A stretch of 64,000 nt of DNA from Alphaproteobacteria bacterium (GCA_964291395.2 OZ219856.1:2144001-2208000), one strand, 5' to 3'; positions 1 to 9,995 are shown, counted from the first letter of the stretch. The notes: a model not told the origin generated them from the letters alone. A program made the numbers and translations.

Positions 1-150
1 TCGCATACAACCGCTTGGTCAGATCCGCGCGGGCCTCGATCCTGCGGTATTGGCGACACATTTTCTGGAGCGCCGCAGCCTCGCCGAGACGCTCGATCTC
101 TCGGACCTCGAAGGCGGTGTGCTCGGCGGGGAGACCGAGGAGGACGCGGC

Positions 151-471
151 TCATGGCGCGTCCGGTTGCAGCGCCTGCTCCAGCGCGTTGTCGACGATCA
201 CCGGTGTCTCGAAGTACGAGATCCGGGGTTCCGCGCCGTAGCGCTCAGTGATGTACCGCTTCCAGGCGTCGTCGTAGAAGGCCTCTGCCGCCTCCCGGCT
301 CTCCCAGAGGTAACAACCTCCGCCGATGCCGGTCGCGGCGTCGAAGAGATAGTACTTGCGAACGAGGCCGGCAAGGCCGCGGTACTTCGGGACGCTGCCC
401 TCGTAGGCGTCGCGGGCCTGCTCGAGGGTAGTATCGTCCTTGAGCGGGAACTGGATGATAGCGGTGATCAT
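151..471 (-). CDS. YdhR-family putative monooxygenase (dimeric alpha-beta barrel)
   Basis: MITAIIQFPL...YRGLAGLVRKYYL...GGGCYLWESREAAEAFY; GGAG upstream of the ATG at 471. Confidence 0.8.
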   Translation of the reverse strand: MITAIIQFPLKDDTTLEQARDAYEGSVPKYRGLAGLVRKYYLFDAATGIGGGCYLWESREAAEAFYDDAWKRYITERYGAEPRISYFETPVIVDNALEQALQPDAP

Positions 472-597
472 GACCCTACTCCGGGGATTCGCATGAGTGG
501 GCGCGAACTCTACCATGTGAACCGTCCCGATCGCCCCCCAGGGCGGCGGTAGTGGCGGGTACAGTCGCAGGGCATCCTGAGTGCCGCCGGGTATCAT

Positions 598-747
598 CTT
601 ACAATAAAATGAAAATATTTCCTTGGATAAGGTTATATAAACAATAAAATAATTATTTTTATAATTTAATAGACGTAAATTTTATTTCCTGATAATATGA
701 AAAATATTGCAGAAATATCCGATTTCCCAAAATAAAAGGATCCGCAA
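598..747. promoter_or_regulatory. Very AT-rich intergenic region between divergent genes
   Basis: ~150 bp of mostly A/T in a GC-rich background; ACAATAAAAT at 601 and 641; AAGGA before ATG 748. Confidence 0.6.
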
Positions 748-1098
748 ATGAATACCCCCGAATGGCTGAGCCCCGGACTCAAGGGCGCAGCGGTGGGCGC
801 AACCGTACTCGCGATCGTCGGTTTCACATGGGGCGGCTGGGTGACCAGTGGGACAGCCAAGGACATGGCCTCCGATCAGGCGCGGCACGCTGTCATCGCC
901 GCCCTGGTACCAATCTGCCTCGAACAATCCAAACAAGACCCGAAGGTCGTGGAGACGCTCGCCGAGATCAAGGCGTCCAGCTACTACCAGCAGAGCGAAC
1001 TTCTCATGAACGCCGGATGGGCGACGATGCCCGGTTCAAGCGACCCCGATCGCAACGTCGCCATCGCCTGCCTGGCAAAACTCGCAGCCCAGCTGTAA
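748..1098 (+). CDS. Conserved hypothetical membrane-anchored protein
   Basis: N-terminal TM helix (GAAVGATVLAIVGFTWGGWVT), GWATMPG motif, two Cys; recalled as a common alphaproteobacterial hypothetical family. Confidence 0.75.
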   Translation: MNTPEWLSPGLKGAAVGATVLAIVGFTWGGWVTSGTAKDMASDQARHAVIAALVPICLEQSKQDPKVVETLAEIKASSYYQQSELLMNAGWATMPGSSDPDRNVAIACLAKLAAQL

Positions 1099-1181
1099 CT
1101 GTCCGGTTCGATCGTTCATGAGTTGTGGGAGCGGTGGTTCCTCACAAAAGTCAAACCCATTGCCCTGGCTCGGAGACAATC

Positions 1182-1280
1182 ATGACCCTGCAGAGAAAAA
1201 TAGGCGCCGGAAATTGGGCCATCGCCACGGTAGCCGCCATACTGGCAATTATCATCGCGATGGCATACTTCGTATCCTGA
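1182..1280 (+). CDS. Putative 32-aa single-TM small protein
   Basis: GGAG-6nt-ATG; MTLQRKIGAGNWAIATVAAILAIIIAMAYFVS. Confidence 0.45.
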   Translation: MTLQRKIGAGNWAIATVAAILAIIIAMAYFVS

Positions 1281-1471
1281 CGCGAGGACGGCGGACCGCG
1301 GCCGTGCAACGCCCGTCTACCTCTCTTCAGGCCGCATCGTTTCTCTCACCCGTCCCGTCTTGTAAACCCCACCCGCGCGGATCTTCGCCTTGGTCTCTGA
1401 TGTACTGGCAGGTCCAGGCCGGACTCACCACTCCGCACGGTCTCATCGGACAGCGGAACAGGAGGCACGCC

Positions 1472-1693
1472 ATGAACGACGACGGGAGCTATTTGCCGTC
1501 CGACATGGAGCGGGGCAACCTCATGAAGGAGCGGGACTATACCCAGGGGCGCCTCGCCAAAAGCCGACTCCAGCCTTCCGCCGTGGCGGTCCTCCAGGAA
1601 CGGCTGGCCGCCATTGATAGGGCCATCAGTGCCCTGCCGCCGCCGCGCCTGAGGGTCGTCGAGGGCGGCAAAGACAAGGAGGAGACACCATGA
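1472..1693 (+). CDS. Hypothetical 73-aa protein
   Basis: AGGAGG RBS; ends ...PRLRVVEGGKDKEETP; stop overlaps next ATG (ATGA). Confidence 0.55.
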   Translation: MNDDGSYLPSDMERGNLMKERDYTQGRLAKSRLQPSAVAVLQERLAAIDRAISALPPPRLRVVEGGKDKEETP

Positions 1694-1833
1694 GCATGGA
1701 CGCCTTCAACGTCTGGCACCTGGTGATCATCGGTGGCCCGCTCATCCTATGCATCGTTGCCATCAGCCTTTACATCGCGCCGCGATCGCGGCGGCGGCAA
1801 TTCCGGAGACGGCGCCTGCGCCGTCTAACTTGA
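1690..1833 (+). CDS. Putative 47-aa membrane peptide with Arg-rich tail
   Basis: AAGGAGGAG RBS; MSMDAFNVWHLVIIGGPLILCIVAISLYIAPRSRRRQFRRRRLRRLT. Confidence 0.5.
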   Translation: MSMDAFNVWHLVIIGGPLILCIVAISLYIAPRSRRRQFRRRRLRRLT

Positions 1834-1876
1834 CGCCGGAAGGACCATGACGGTGGCGTAGAAAACCGAGAACGTC

Positions 1877-1904
1877 TTGCACACGCGTATTTTGCGTGTA
1901 TGGT
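1877..1904 (+). promoter_or_regulatory. Candidate sigma70 promoter of the helicase gene (long 5' UTR)
   Basis: TTGCAC-16nt-TATGGT, overlapping the inverted repeat ACACGC...GCGTGT; ~310 nt upstream of the GTG. Confidence 0.3.
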
Positions 1905-2216
1905 CCGCGCAACGTCGCCAAGTCGTTGTTGCTTACATGATTGTCCGCACAAGCGGACGGCCAGGTTTCTTCCCCGACATTGTGAACGTTCCCAAGGGGT
2001 GCCGCATGGGGCGGCACTTCGCTCAACTGTCGTGAAACCCAACCGGGACGACCGCATTGTCTCGCGATTGACTACGTGAAGCATCGCTCCCGGGCAGCAC
2101 CATGCCCCGGAACTAGTTGCCAACATCAACCACCGTTTGGGCACGCCTGGGATAAGGCGAAACGCCATGGCGGGACTGTGTCGTCCAGGCCATCCGTCGC
2201 ACAAGGACACCACCAA

Positions 2217-3527
2217 GTGACAACAAGTACTTTCTCGAACCTCGATCTGGTCGATCCGATACAGCGTGCATTGACTGCCAGGAGCCACATCGTCCCAACG
2301 CCCATTCAGGCGCGAGCAATCCCTGAACTTCTCGCCGGAAGAGATATGCTGGGCATCGCCCAGACCGGCACCGGCAAGACGGCGGCCTTCGCGCTTCCCA
2401 TTCTCCAGCAGCTTTCCCAAAGGCACGGGCAGAGGCGAACGCGCAGCTTGCGGGCCTTGATCCTTGCACCGACTCGCGAGCTCGCGATCCAGATCGGTGA
2501 AGAGTTTCACGGCTACGGCAAGCATCTGAATTTACGCCAAGCCGTAATCTTCGGTGGCGTCAGCCAGAAACCTCAAGTCGGCGCACTGTCCCGCGGCATC
2601 GACATCCTCATCGCGACCCCCGGGCGCCTGCTCGATCTCCTGGGCCAGCAGCGGCTTGGGCTTGAGGCCATCGAGTTCTTCGTCCTCGACGAGGCCGACC
2701 GAATGCTCGACATGGGCTTCGTTCGCGACGTTCGGAAAATCATCGGTGCCTTACCCAAGAGGCGCCAGTCGCTGCTTTTTTCCGCCACAATGCCGGATGA
2801 AATCGCACGCCTTTCGGGAGAGATCCTGGTCGATCCGGTCCGCGTCGAGGTGACACCCCAGGCCACGCCGGTCGAGCGTGTCGACCAAGGCGTCTATCAT
2901 GTCGTTGCCGGCAACAAGCCGGCCTTGCTCGCCAGCATCCTGGCCAACCCCACGCTGGCGCGAGTGATCGTGTTCACACGTACCAAACACCGGGCCAACC
3001 GTGTTGCCAAGCAACTTGCCAAATGCGGTATCGCCGCCGAGGCCATCCATGGCAACAAGTCTCAGGGCGCTCGCCAACGCGCCCTCGCACGGTTCCGCGC
3101 CGGTGCTGTGCGGGTTCTGGTTGCAACCGATATCGCCGCCCGGGGCATCGATGTCGACAGCGTCAGCCATGTCATCAATTATGAGCTTCCAAATGAGCCG
3201 GAAAGCTACATTCATCGTATCGGCCGGACGGCGCGAGCGGGTGCGTGCGGGACCGCGCTCTCGTTCTGCGATCCTTCGGAGCGTACCTACCTGCACGACA
3301 TCGAGCGACTGATCCGGCATCGCCTGACCGTCATCACTGAGGAGCTGGCCGTGACACCGCTCGACCGGCGCGGCAAGGTCGGGCAGCCGGATAAAGAGCA
3401 TCGTCGCAGGCGCGGCCGCCCCGTCGCCAAGGTCGCCATGGCAGGCGGTCCACCAGCCCAGGCCCGACGGCGCAAGCGGGCTGTCCCACCGAGATATCGC
3501 ACAAAGCCTCAACGCCCTGCCGCATGA
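2217..3527 (+). CDS. rhlE: DEAD-box RNA helicase, RhlE type
   Basis: PTPIQ, AQTGTGKT, PTRELA, DEAD, SAT, HRIGRTAR; basic C-terminal tail; AAGGA before GTG 2217. Confidence 0.93.
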   Translation: MTTSTFSNLDLVDPIQRALTARSHIVPTPIQARAIPELLAGRDMLGIAQTGTGKTAAFALPILQQLSQRHGQRRTRSLRALILAPTRELAIQIGEEFHGYGKHLNLRQAVIFGGVSQKPQVGALSRGIDILIATPGRLLDLLGQQRLGLEAIEFFVLDEADRMLDMGFVRDVRKIIGALPKRRQSLLFSATMPDEIARLSGEILVDPVRVEVTPQATPVERVDQGVYHVVAGNKPALLASILANPTLARVIVFTRTKHRANRVAKQLAKCGIAAEAIHGNKSQGARQRALARFRAGAVRVLVATDIAARGIDVDSVSHVINYELPNEPESYIHRIGRTARAGACGTALSFCDPSERTYLHDIERLIRHRLTVITEELAVTPLDRRGKVGQPDKEHRRRRGRPVAKVAMAGGPPAQARRRKRAVPPRYRTKPQRPAA

Positions 3528-4105
3528 TTCGCTCTCCCAAGGGGACAAAAATACTGTCGGGCCAGCCTCGCGGAAGCGGCACGTGTCAGGCAGAGAGTTC
3601 ATCGGCACGAAGAGACGAAGCCTGCGCTGTAAGAAAGGGGGCCGACGTATAGGGGGCGGATGATGGTCGTCCACCGCCGGCGATCACCTCGCGTTCGTCA
3701 AGTGTCGTTCCAAATGCGTGTCCTCGTGCATTCTTGAGGACCACGCGATTTGCCCTCTCGGTCTCAGGCCGCCATACACGCAGTGTCTCGCCGCCTATCG
3801 TCGGGTGCTCCGACTTCGACCGTTCGATCCTGGTGCGCAGTTTCTTGTGGCGTCTCGTCCGGTACCTCCGCCCCGGCGGCCGCACGTTTTCACAAAGGAC
3901 ATTGAACTGAGCCACTCTTGCCCGTCGGGTATTCGGAGTGATTTCCCTACCGTAGGCAAGTTGATTGGGACCATCTGCATCAGCGTGACGCCGCAGGGTC
4001 TCATCTCATTTTTCTCTCGTTGATCGATGCTCGTCGACCGCCAGGCCGGCGAGCAAGAGTATAAGCATGTCTTCGTGACCGATCAGACCAAGAGGGAGAC
4101 GCCCC

Positions 4106-4325
4106 ATGACACAGCCTCGCCAACGCATGGTCAACGACATGACCGTCCGCGGCCTCGCCGACCCGGGCCCTGCTGGACGGGATCGACGTCTCGACAATGG
4201 TCGGTCTGCGCGACCGGGCCTTCCTGGGCGTTCTGGTCTACAGCTTCGCGCGGGTGAGCGCTGCGGTGTCGCTTCGGGTGCCCGAGGAGATCTCGCTCGA
4301 CGAGATCGAGCGCATCCACATCTGA
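4106..4325 (+). pseudogene. Chimeric tyrosine recombinase remnant
   Basis: MTQPRQRMVNDMTVRGLAD (integrase N-terminus), then in another frame IDVSTMVGLRDRAFLGVLVYSFARVSAAVSLRV joined directly to the C-terminal EISLDEIERIHI*; catalytic core deleted. Confidence 0.75.
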
Positions 4326-4372
4326 GCGGCAAGCCCCGCCCAAGGTTTTATTATTCAGAGCAGAAGAAATCG
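4310..4372 (+). repeat. 63-bp direct repeat, copy 1 (integrase tail plus downstream sequence)
   Basis: 56/63 identical to 14419-14481 by manual alignment. Confidence 0.9.
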
Positions 4373-4454
4373 GTATTTCATTTTATGACGGGCCGCTACC
4401 AAATCCGGGTACGCATGCATCAGCCGACACTTCATCGTGCCTGGAGAAGCCGCC

Positions 4455-5180
4455 ATGAGCCAACCGCAAACCAACGCTCCGGAAGCCGGGAAGTCAGGGG
4501 GGAAACCGGATTCGCAGGACCCGCCGCGCACGTTGAGGCTGGCCGAAGAGATCATGCTCCTCCTTCTCGATGAGGCAGGAGGCGCCTTCACCCGGATGCC
4601 GGCACTGCAGCGTGACTATGCGCTGGCCGGCTCGGTTGTGTTGGACCTCACTCTGGAATCGCGAATAGACACCGATCCCGAGCGGCTTTTCGTGCTCGAC
4701 CCGGAGCCGGTCGGGGACGATCTGCTCGATCCCATGCTGGCCCGCATCGTGCAATCCTCCGAGACCCACGACGCCGGTCACTGGATCCGGCAAGCGGTCA
4801 CGCAGGCGAACGACGCTTTGGAGCGTTCCGCCGGACGTCTCGTCGAGCGCGGCATCCTGGACAGGAAGGAACGCCGCTTCCTGGGAATACGCCGGCGACC
4901 CCGATACGCGATCGCCGATGCCACGGCGGCCGGAGAGCCGCAGCGGAGAATCCTGAGAATCCTGTCCGACACTGATATTCCGGACGTGCGGAGCATCGTT
5001 CTCATATCCTTGGCGGATGGCTGCGGCATTCTCGAGAACCTGCTGTCCGACCGGGAATTCCGTTCGGCGGCCGTGCGGATCAATCAAATCCGCAATCTGG
5101 ATCTGGTCGGCCAATCCGTGTCCAAGATGCTGGGTGCGATCGGGGCGGTATTGGCCACCCTCGCGACACCGACACTGTGA
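4455..5180 (+). CDS. GOLPH3/VPS74 (GPP34) family protein
   Basis: LRLAEEIMLLLLDE...ALAGSVVLDLTLESRI...GDDLLD...RLVERGIL...RFLG; GGAG RBS. Confidence 0.82.
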   Translation: MSQPQTNAPEAGKSGGKPDSQDPPRTLRLAEEIMLLLLDEAGGAFTRMPALQRDYALAGSVVLDLTLESRIDTDPERLFVLDPEPVGDDLLDPMLARIVQSSETHDAGHWIRQAVTQANDALERSAGRLVERGILDRKERRFLGIRRRPRYAIADATAAGEPQRRILRILSDTDIPDVRSIVLISLADGCGILENLLSDREFRSAAVRINQIRNLDLVGQSVSKMLGAIGAVLATLATPTL

Positions 5181-5204
5181 GCTTGACGTTTGGGGGTGGC
5201 GACC

Positions 5205-6089
5205 ATGAGCGGGCGGGCGGCGGTCTTGATGGCACCACTGGTGCTGGCACTACTCCCGTCATGGATGCCGGATCCGGCGGGGGCCGGTGTCCTGGACCGG
5301 CTCGCCGAGGAGGGCGTGATGCGCGCCGGCACGAGGGCCAGTGCGGCGCCCTTCGCCCAGAAGACGGCGGCCGGGACGTTCGAGGGTTTCTCCGTCGACC
5401 TGCTCCATGAGTTCCGGGCGGCCGCGGAGAAGACGGTCGGCCGTCCCGTCCGCCTGGAACTCTTCGAAGTGACCCCGGCGGACCGGTTGCAGCGCGTCGC
5501 CTCGCAGGAGCTCGACATCGTATGCGGCATCACCACGCCGACCTGGGACCGGGAGCAACTGGTTGATTTCTCGCTTCCGTTCTTCCGCGACGGCACCCGC
5601 GTCATGATGTACCGCAAGCAGGCGTCCCGCGGGCTCGACCTCAACCGGCTGACGATCGGCGTGGTCGAGGGCACCACCACCGTAGGCATCCTGAAGGACA
5701 CGGCTCCGGCAGCCATCCTGCGCCTCTATCCGGATATGGGCCAGGCGATGCGTGGTCTGGAGACGGCGGAGGTGCACGGCATCGCCAATGTCGGTGTGGT
5801 GCTGCTCGGGCTTGCCGCTCGGGCCGAGCCGCGGCGCAGCGTTGTGCTGATGCCGAGGGCAGCCTTTCTGGCGGCGGAGTTTCTGGCCTGTGTCCTGCCG
5901 CAGGATGACAGTCCCTGGCGGGACTTCATCAACCGGAACCTGGTCGGCATGTTCGCCCATGGGGGCGGTTCCGGGGGACGCTACCAGGAAATCTATGATC
6001 GCTGGTTCGGTCGGGACAGCGCGGTCTTCTATCCGCTTGACCTGACCACACGGGACTATCTGAGGAACGTCTCGATCTGGACGTACTGA
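5205..6089 (+). CDS. Polar amino acid ABC substrate-binding protein (SBP_bac_3)
   Basis: Signal peptide; APF...GFSVDL...DIVCGITTPTWDREQLVDFSLPFF; GTTT. Confidence 0.88.
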   Translation: MSGRAAVLMAPLVLALLPSWMPDPAGAGVLDRLAEEGVMRAGTRASAAPFAQKTAAGTFEGFSVDLLHEFRAAAEKTVGRPVRLELFEVTPADRLQRVASQELDIVCGITTPTWDREQLVDFSLPFFRDGTRVMMYRKQASRGLDLNRLTIGVVEGTTTVGILKDTAPAAILRLYPDMGQAMRGLETAEVHGIANVGVVLLGLAARAEPRRSVVLMPRAAFLAAEFLACVLPQDDSPWRDFINRNLVGMFAHGGGSGGRYQEIYDRWFGRDSAVFYPLDLTTRDYLRNVSIWTY

Positions 6090-6203
6090 GATTTTGGCGA
6101 TCGCGGATATGCCGGCCTTATAATCGTGTCGTCCGTTTTCCGCGTCTTCGTACCGTCCAGGCGAAGCGTGGCTTCGATGCTTTGGTGGAGTCGGGAGACT
6201 CGC

Positions 6204-7829
6204 ATGACATCGCGGGACTGGAAACCGGTCCGGATCCCCGGCCGGCGAGGTCTGCAACTGCTCGTTTTGCTTGCGTCGGCCGTCTGGCTTTGCAGCGCCG
6301 GCCCGGCCGTGGCCGACCGGCTCGAGGAGATCCGAGAGCGCGGCCATCTGATCGCCGGGGTCAAGGCCGACTACCGGCCCTTCGGCTTCCGCGACGCCGA
6401 TGGAAACCTGATCGGCTACGACGTCGACGTCGCCCGCGCCTTCGCCGAAGCCATCGGCGTCTCGCTGCGGTTGACGCCGGTGACCAGCGCCAACCGCCTG
6501 CAGAAACTGCAGCGCGGCGAGGTCGACATCGTCGTCGCCACACTGGGCGACACCCGCAGCCGCCGCGAACTCGTCCAAATGGTCGAGCCACAGTACTACG
6601 GCGACGGCGCCAACGTCCTGTTGCGTCCGGATGCGGGGATCTCGGATTGGGCGGACCTGCGGGGCCGCACCCTGTGCAGCATCCAGGGCTCGTTGTGGAA
6701 TCGCCTCGCCCGCGAACGGCTCCTGGTCGAGACGCTAGCCCTCAAGACCACGCGCGAGGCCGCGCTCGCCCTGCGCAACGGGCACTGCATCGGCTGGCTG
6801 TACGACGAGGTCAACCTGCTGAACGAGCTGGAGAGCGGCGAGTGGGAGGGCTATGGCGTCTCGCTGCCGACGCGCTTCGTGCTGCCGTGGGCGGTCGCCA
6901 TCGCCAAGGAGGCGGCGGGCAGCCGCTTCGACCGGCTGCTCGGCAACATTCTCGCCTTGTGGCATCGGGACGGATTTCTGCAGGAACTGGAGAAGCGGTG
7001 GGAGTTGCCTCCCTCGCCCTATCTGCGGCGGGCCCGGTTGACCTGGCAGGAGACCGACGAGGCCGGCGATCTCGTCTGCCGGCGCGACGGGGACGGACAA
7101 TGGCCGCTCGCATGCCGCGAGGTCGCGCTGGTCGCCGGCGGCGAGCTCGGCGGCATTTCGGGCGTCTCCCTGACGTTGATGGAAGCGACCGGTCTCGACG
7201 TCAGTGTGCTCTACGATCCCCTGGATCGAGACGTCTTTCTCCGTGGCCTGGCCCTGACGGTGGCGCTGTCGATCGCCACGGTGGCGGGCGGTATCGGGCT
7301 CGGCATCGCGTTCGGATGGTTGATGCACCGGCGCGTGCGGCTCCTTGGCGCTCTGCTGCAGGCCTTCTGTGCCGTGTTGCGCATGACGCCGCCGCTCCTG
7401 CAGCTCTATATCGTCTTCTTCGGGTTTGGCGGCGTCATCCTGGCGCTCGGCTTCACGCTCGACGCGTTCACGGTCGCAGCCTTGGTCTTGTCGCTCTACG
7501 CCGCCGCCAGCAATGCCGCGGCGTTCGCCCTGGCGGCGGACGTGGCGGCCGGCGAGGGCGGCCGATTGGGTTTCAGGATCGCCGAGATCCGCCACGCCTT
7601 CGGGCTATGCCACGCCGCGGTGATGGGCAATTCGGTCAACATCGTCAAGGCGACCGGCATGGCCAGCACTCTGGCACTGCCCGAACTGGTGCACGCCAGC
7701 ACCGCCATCGTGGCCGAGAAAGGCAACGATGGCGTGATGATGAACCTGCTGCTGGTCTGCTACTTCGTGCTGGTCATCGTCACGGTCCAGGTCTTCCGCC
7801 TGTGGGAGCGGCGGGGTCGTACGCCATGA
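6204..7829 (+). CDS. Amino acid ABC substrate-binding/permease fusion protein
   Basis: GVKADYRPFGF...GYDVDVA SBP domain, then HisM-like TM domain (LRMTPPLLQLY). Confidence 0.85.
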   Translation: MTSRDWKPVRIPGRRGLQLLVLLASAVWLCSAGPAVADRLEEIRERGHLIAGVKADYRPFGFRDADGNLIGYDVDVARAFAEAIGVSLRLTPVTSANRLQKLQRGEVDIVVATLGDTRSRRELVQMVEPQYYGDGANVLLRPDAGISDWADLRGRTLCSIQGSLWNRLARERLLVETLALKTTREAALALRNGHCIGWLYDEVNLLNELESGEWEGYGVSLPTRFVLPWAVAIAKEAAGSRFDRLLGNILALWHRDGFLQELEKRWELPPSPYLRRARLTWQETDEAGDLVCRRDGDGQWPLACREVALVAGGELGGISGVSLTLMEATGLDVSVLYDPLDRDVFLRGLALTVALSIATVAGGIGLGIAFGWLMHRRVRLLGALLQAFCAVLRMTPPLLQLYIVFFGFGGVILALGFTLDAFTVAALVLSLYAAASNAAAFALAADVAAGEGGRLGFRIAEIRHAFGLCHAAVMGNSVNIVKATGMASTLALPELVHASTAIVAEKGNDGVMMNLLLVCYFVLVIVTVQVFRLWERRGRTP

Positions 7830-8482
7830 CGCTGCCGGAGATCACCGATGCCCTGATCACCTGGACGCCTTATCTGGCAGGGGGTTTCGGCTGGAACATG
7901 ATCGTCTCGCTGGCCGCCATGGCGATCGGGACGGCGGTCGGCCTGCTGCTCACGGCGCTGCGGGCCCGCACCGTGCCGGTCGTCAAGCAGACCGGCAGCA
8001 CGCTCACGGTCGTCGCGCGCAGCGCGCCGACCTTCGTCATGTTGTTCTATCTCGCCTATGCCGTCCCCGGAACCTTCGAGGTTCTGGGCGTCGTCGTGAT
8101 CGTGCCGGCCTGGTTCAAGGCATCGCTCGCGCTGGCGATCGCGGTGGCGGGCTACGTGTCCGATACCGGACTTGCCGCGCTGCGGCATCTGAGGCGCGGC
8201 GAGACCGCCGAGGCGCTGTTGTTCCTTCCCTCCTGGACGAGCTATTTCCTGATCATCGTCATGGCCTCCGCCACGGCCTCGGTCATCGGCGTGCCCGAAC
8301 TCGTCCATCGGGCCGAGACCGTGATCGGCGCGGTCGGCCAGGCCGGGTTCTCCTTCTGGGTCTATCTCTACGCCATGGTCTGGTTCCTGGCCTTCGGCGC
8401 CCTGATCACCCTCTCGATGCGCGCCTTGCGTATCCGTCTGGCGGGGCGGGACCCCGGAAGCGACGTACCGGACAGCATTTAG
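7826..8482 (+). CDS. Amino acid ABC permease (HisM/GlnP-like)
   Basis: Multiple TM helices, RSAPTFVMLFY, ASVIGVPEL; ATGA overlap with upstream gene. Confidence 0.8.
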   Translation: MTLPEITDALITWTPYLAGGFGWNMIVSLAAMAIGTAVGLLLTALRARTVPVVKQTGSTLTVVARSAPTFVMLFYLAYAVPGTFEVLGVVVIVPAWFKASLALAIAVAGYVSDTGLAALRHLRRGETAEALLFLPSWTSYFLIIVMASATASVIGVPELVHRAETVIGAVGQAGFSFWVYLYAMVWFLAFGALITLSMRALRIRLAGRDPGSDVPDSI

Positions 8483-8564
8483 GGGGCGCTGACCTACGAG
8501 GTCCTCCCGATTGGACCGCCGCCGATGGACAGACTTTCAACCCCGGCCAATCCGTGAGGACCGG

Positions 8565-8996
8565 TCATTCGAGTCTTCGCTTGGTCAGCGCCAGGCGATT
8601 GAAGTCACCCTCGCGCCGATAGCTCGCTTCATCCATCAACGTGCGTACGAGATACACGCCAAGCCCGCCCACGGGACGGTCCGGGATATCCGAGTCGGTA
8701 TCGGGCGCCGGCGCTTCCGTCAGGGGATCATACGGGCGAGCGTCGTCGATGATCTCGATGCCTATCTTGTCCGCATCCGAGGCCAGTTCGATTTTGATTT
8801 CGTGGCTGCCTTCCCGTTCATCCTGCCCGTACCCGTGGTTGACGACGTTGGCGACCACCTCCTCGATGACCAGCTTGATCTGATACTCAAGCCGGGAAGG
8901 CCAGCCCTCTTCCCGGGCGAACTGCTCGACCGCCGTGTATATCCGCGGAAGCTCGTCGAGCGCCGTCCTCATGCGCAATGACAATTCAGCGCTCAT
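8565..8996 (-). CDS. Anti-sigma factor / Ser-Thr kinase, RsbW-like (HATPase_c_2)
   Basis: LVIEEVVANVVNHGY, DDARPYDP, RPVGGLGVYLVR. Confidence 0.9.
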   Translation of the reverse strand: MSAELSLRMRTALDELPRIYTAVEQFAREEGWPSRLEYQIKLVIEEVVANVVNHGYGQDEREGSHEIKIELASDADKIGIEIIDDARPYDPLTEAPAPDTDSDIPDRPVGGLGVYLVRTLMDEASYRREGDFNRLALTKRRLE

Positions 8997-9125
8997 CCTT
9001 CGGCCTCCCACGTTGCGACGTGCGGCGCGTCGTATGCCAACCTCCGGGGCCCCATCGGCAACACCCCCGCCGCCCTGTCATCCGGCAGGACAGGCGGGTT
9101 GCCGGGTGCGCCGGTCTCCACGGCA

Positions 9126-9464
9126 TCAGGCGTCGAAGGAAGTAAGCGCCTCGGCCCTGGACAGGTGGATTGGGATGAACTTGTCGAAACCGCTTACCTC
9201 GAAGACATCCCGGATCTGATCCGACATGGCGCAGAGCGCGAACCTGGCATCCCGGCCCATGAGGCTCTTGGCGATCAGGAGGACGGCGCGAAGGCCTGCG
9301 CTGCTGATGTAGGAAAGCTTCTCGAGATCCATCATCACGGCGCGGTCGCTCTCCTCGATCGCGGTTCTGACCGTCTCCTCGAACTGCATGACATTGGTGC
9401 CGTCGAGGCGTCCGCTCACCAGGACCGACAAGATGTCGTCCTGCCGTTCCATCGCAACATCCAT
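9126..9464 (-). CDS. STAS anti-sigma factor antagonist, RsbV/SpoIIAA-like
   Basis: GRLD, LSYISSAGLR phosphoacceptor motif; GAGGGAGG RBS. Confidence 0.92.
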   Translation of the reverse strand: MDVAMERQDDILSVLVSGRLDGTNVMQFEETVRTAIEESDRAVMMDLEKLSYISSAGLRAVLLIAKSLMGRDARFALCAMSDQIRDVFEVSGFDKFIPIHLSRAEALTSFDA

Positions 9465-9659
9465 CGCTTAACCTCCCTCGAGTCCCGAGTGGAATGATCG
9501 CGCCGTCCGTCCTGGAACGGCAGCCATCCACTATGCCGCGTTGCCGCCTTCGTCCACATACCGGTACGGACGGGATGATCCGCCACGCGAAGGCGCTGGG
9601 ATTGATTATTTCCCCGCGTGCACCAAGGAGAGCCTGCCGGTTCGTCACAGGCGGTCTCG

Positions 9660-9995
9660 CCGATAGGCGCCTTGGCGTGGCGCCCGTGACTCGCTTGAAC
9701 CACGTGGTGAAGGAAGCCTGGGAGGAAAATCCGCACCGACAGGCAATCTCGGCAAGCGCTAGCCGCCCTTCGGCAATCAGAGACTTCGCCTCGTCGAGCC
9801 TGCGTTCCGTGAGGTAGCCGTGCGGTGTCGTTCCGGTCGCGGTCTTGAAGGCGCGGGCGAAATGGAAGGGGCTCAGGCAGGCTTCGTCCGCCAGCGCCTC
9901 GACGGTCAGGTTGCCGCCGAGATGGGTCTCGATGAATTCCTTCACTCGTCGGAGGCGCCGGGAGTCGAGCGCGCCGCGCGCAGCGGGCAGGGATA
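9660..9995 (-). pseudogene. AraC-family HTH fragment lacking its N-terminal domain; boundaries approximate
   Basis: LRRVKEFIETHL...LSPFHFARAFKTATGTTPHGY...CGFSSQASFTTWFKRVTGATP embedded in low-quality ORF flanks. Confidence 0.7.

Noticed and set aside
1-250. Possible 3' end of a gene at the window edge
   Set aside because: No recognisable motif; overlaps the YdhR-like gene on the opposite strand
3586-4023. ORFs of about 100 aa on both strands
   Set aside because: No family motif or convincing RBS; probably decayed mobile DNA
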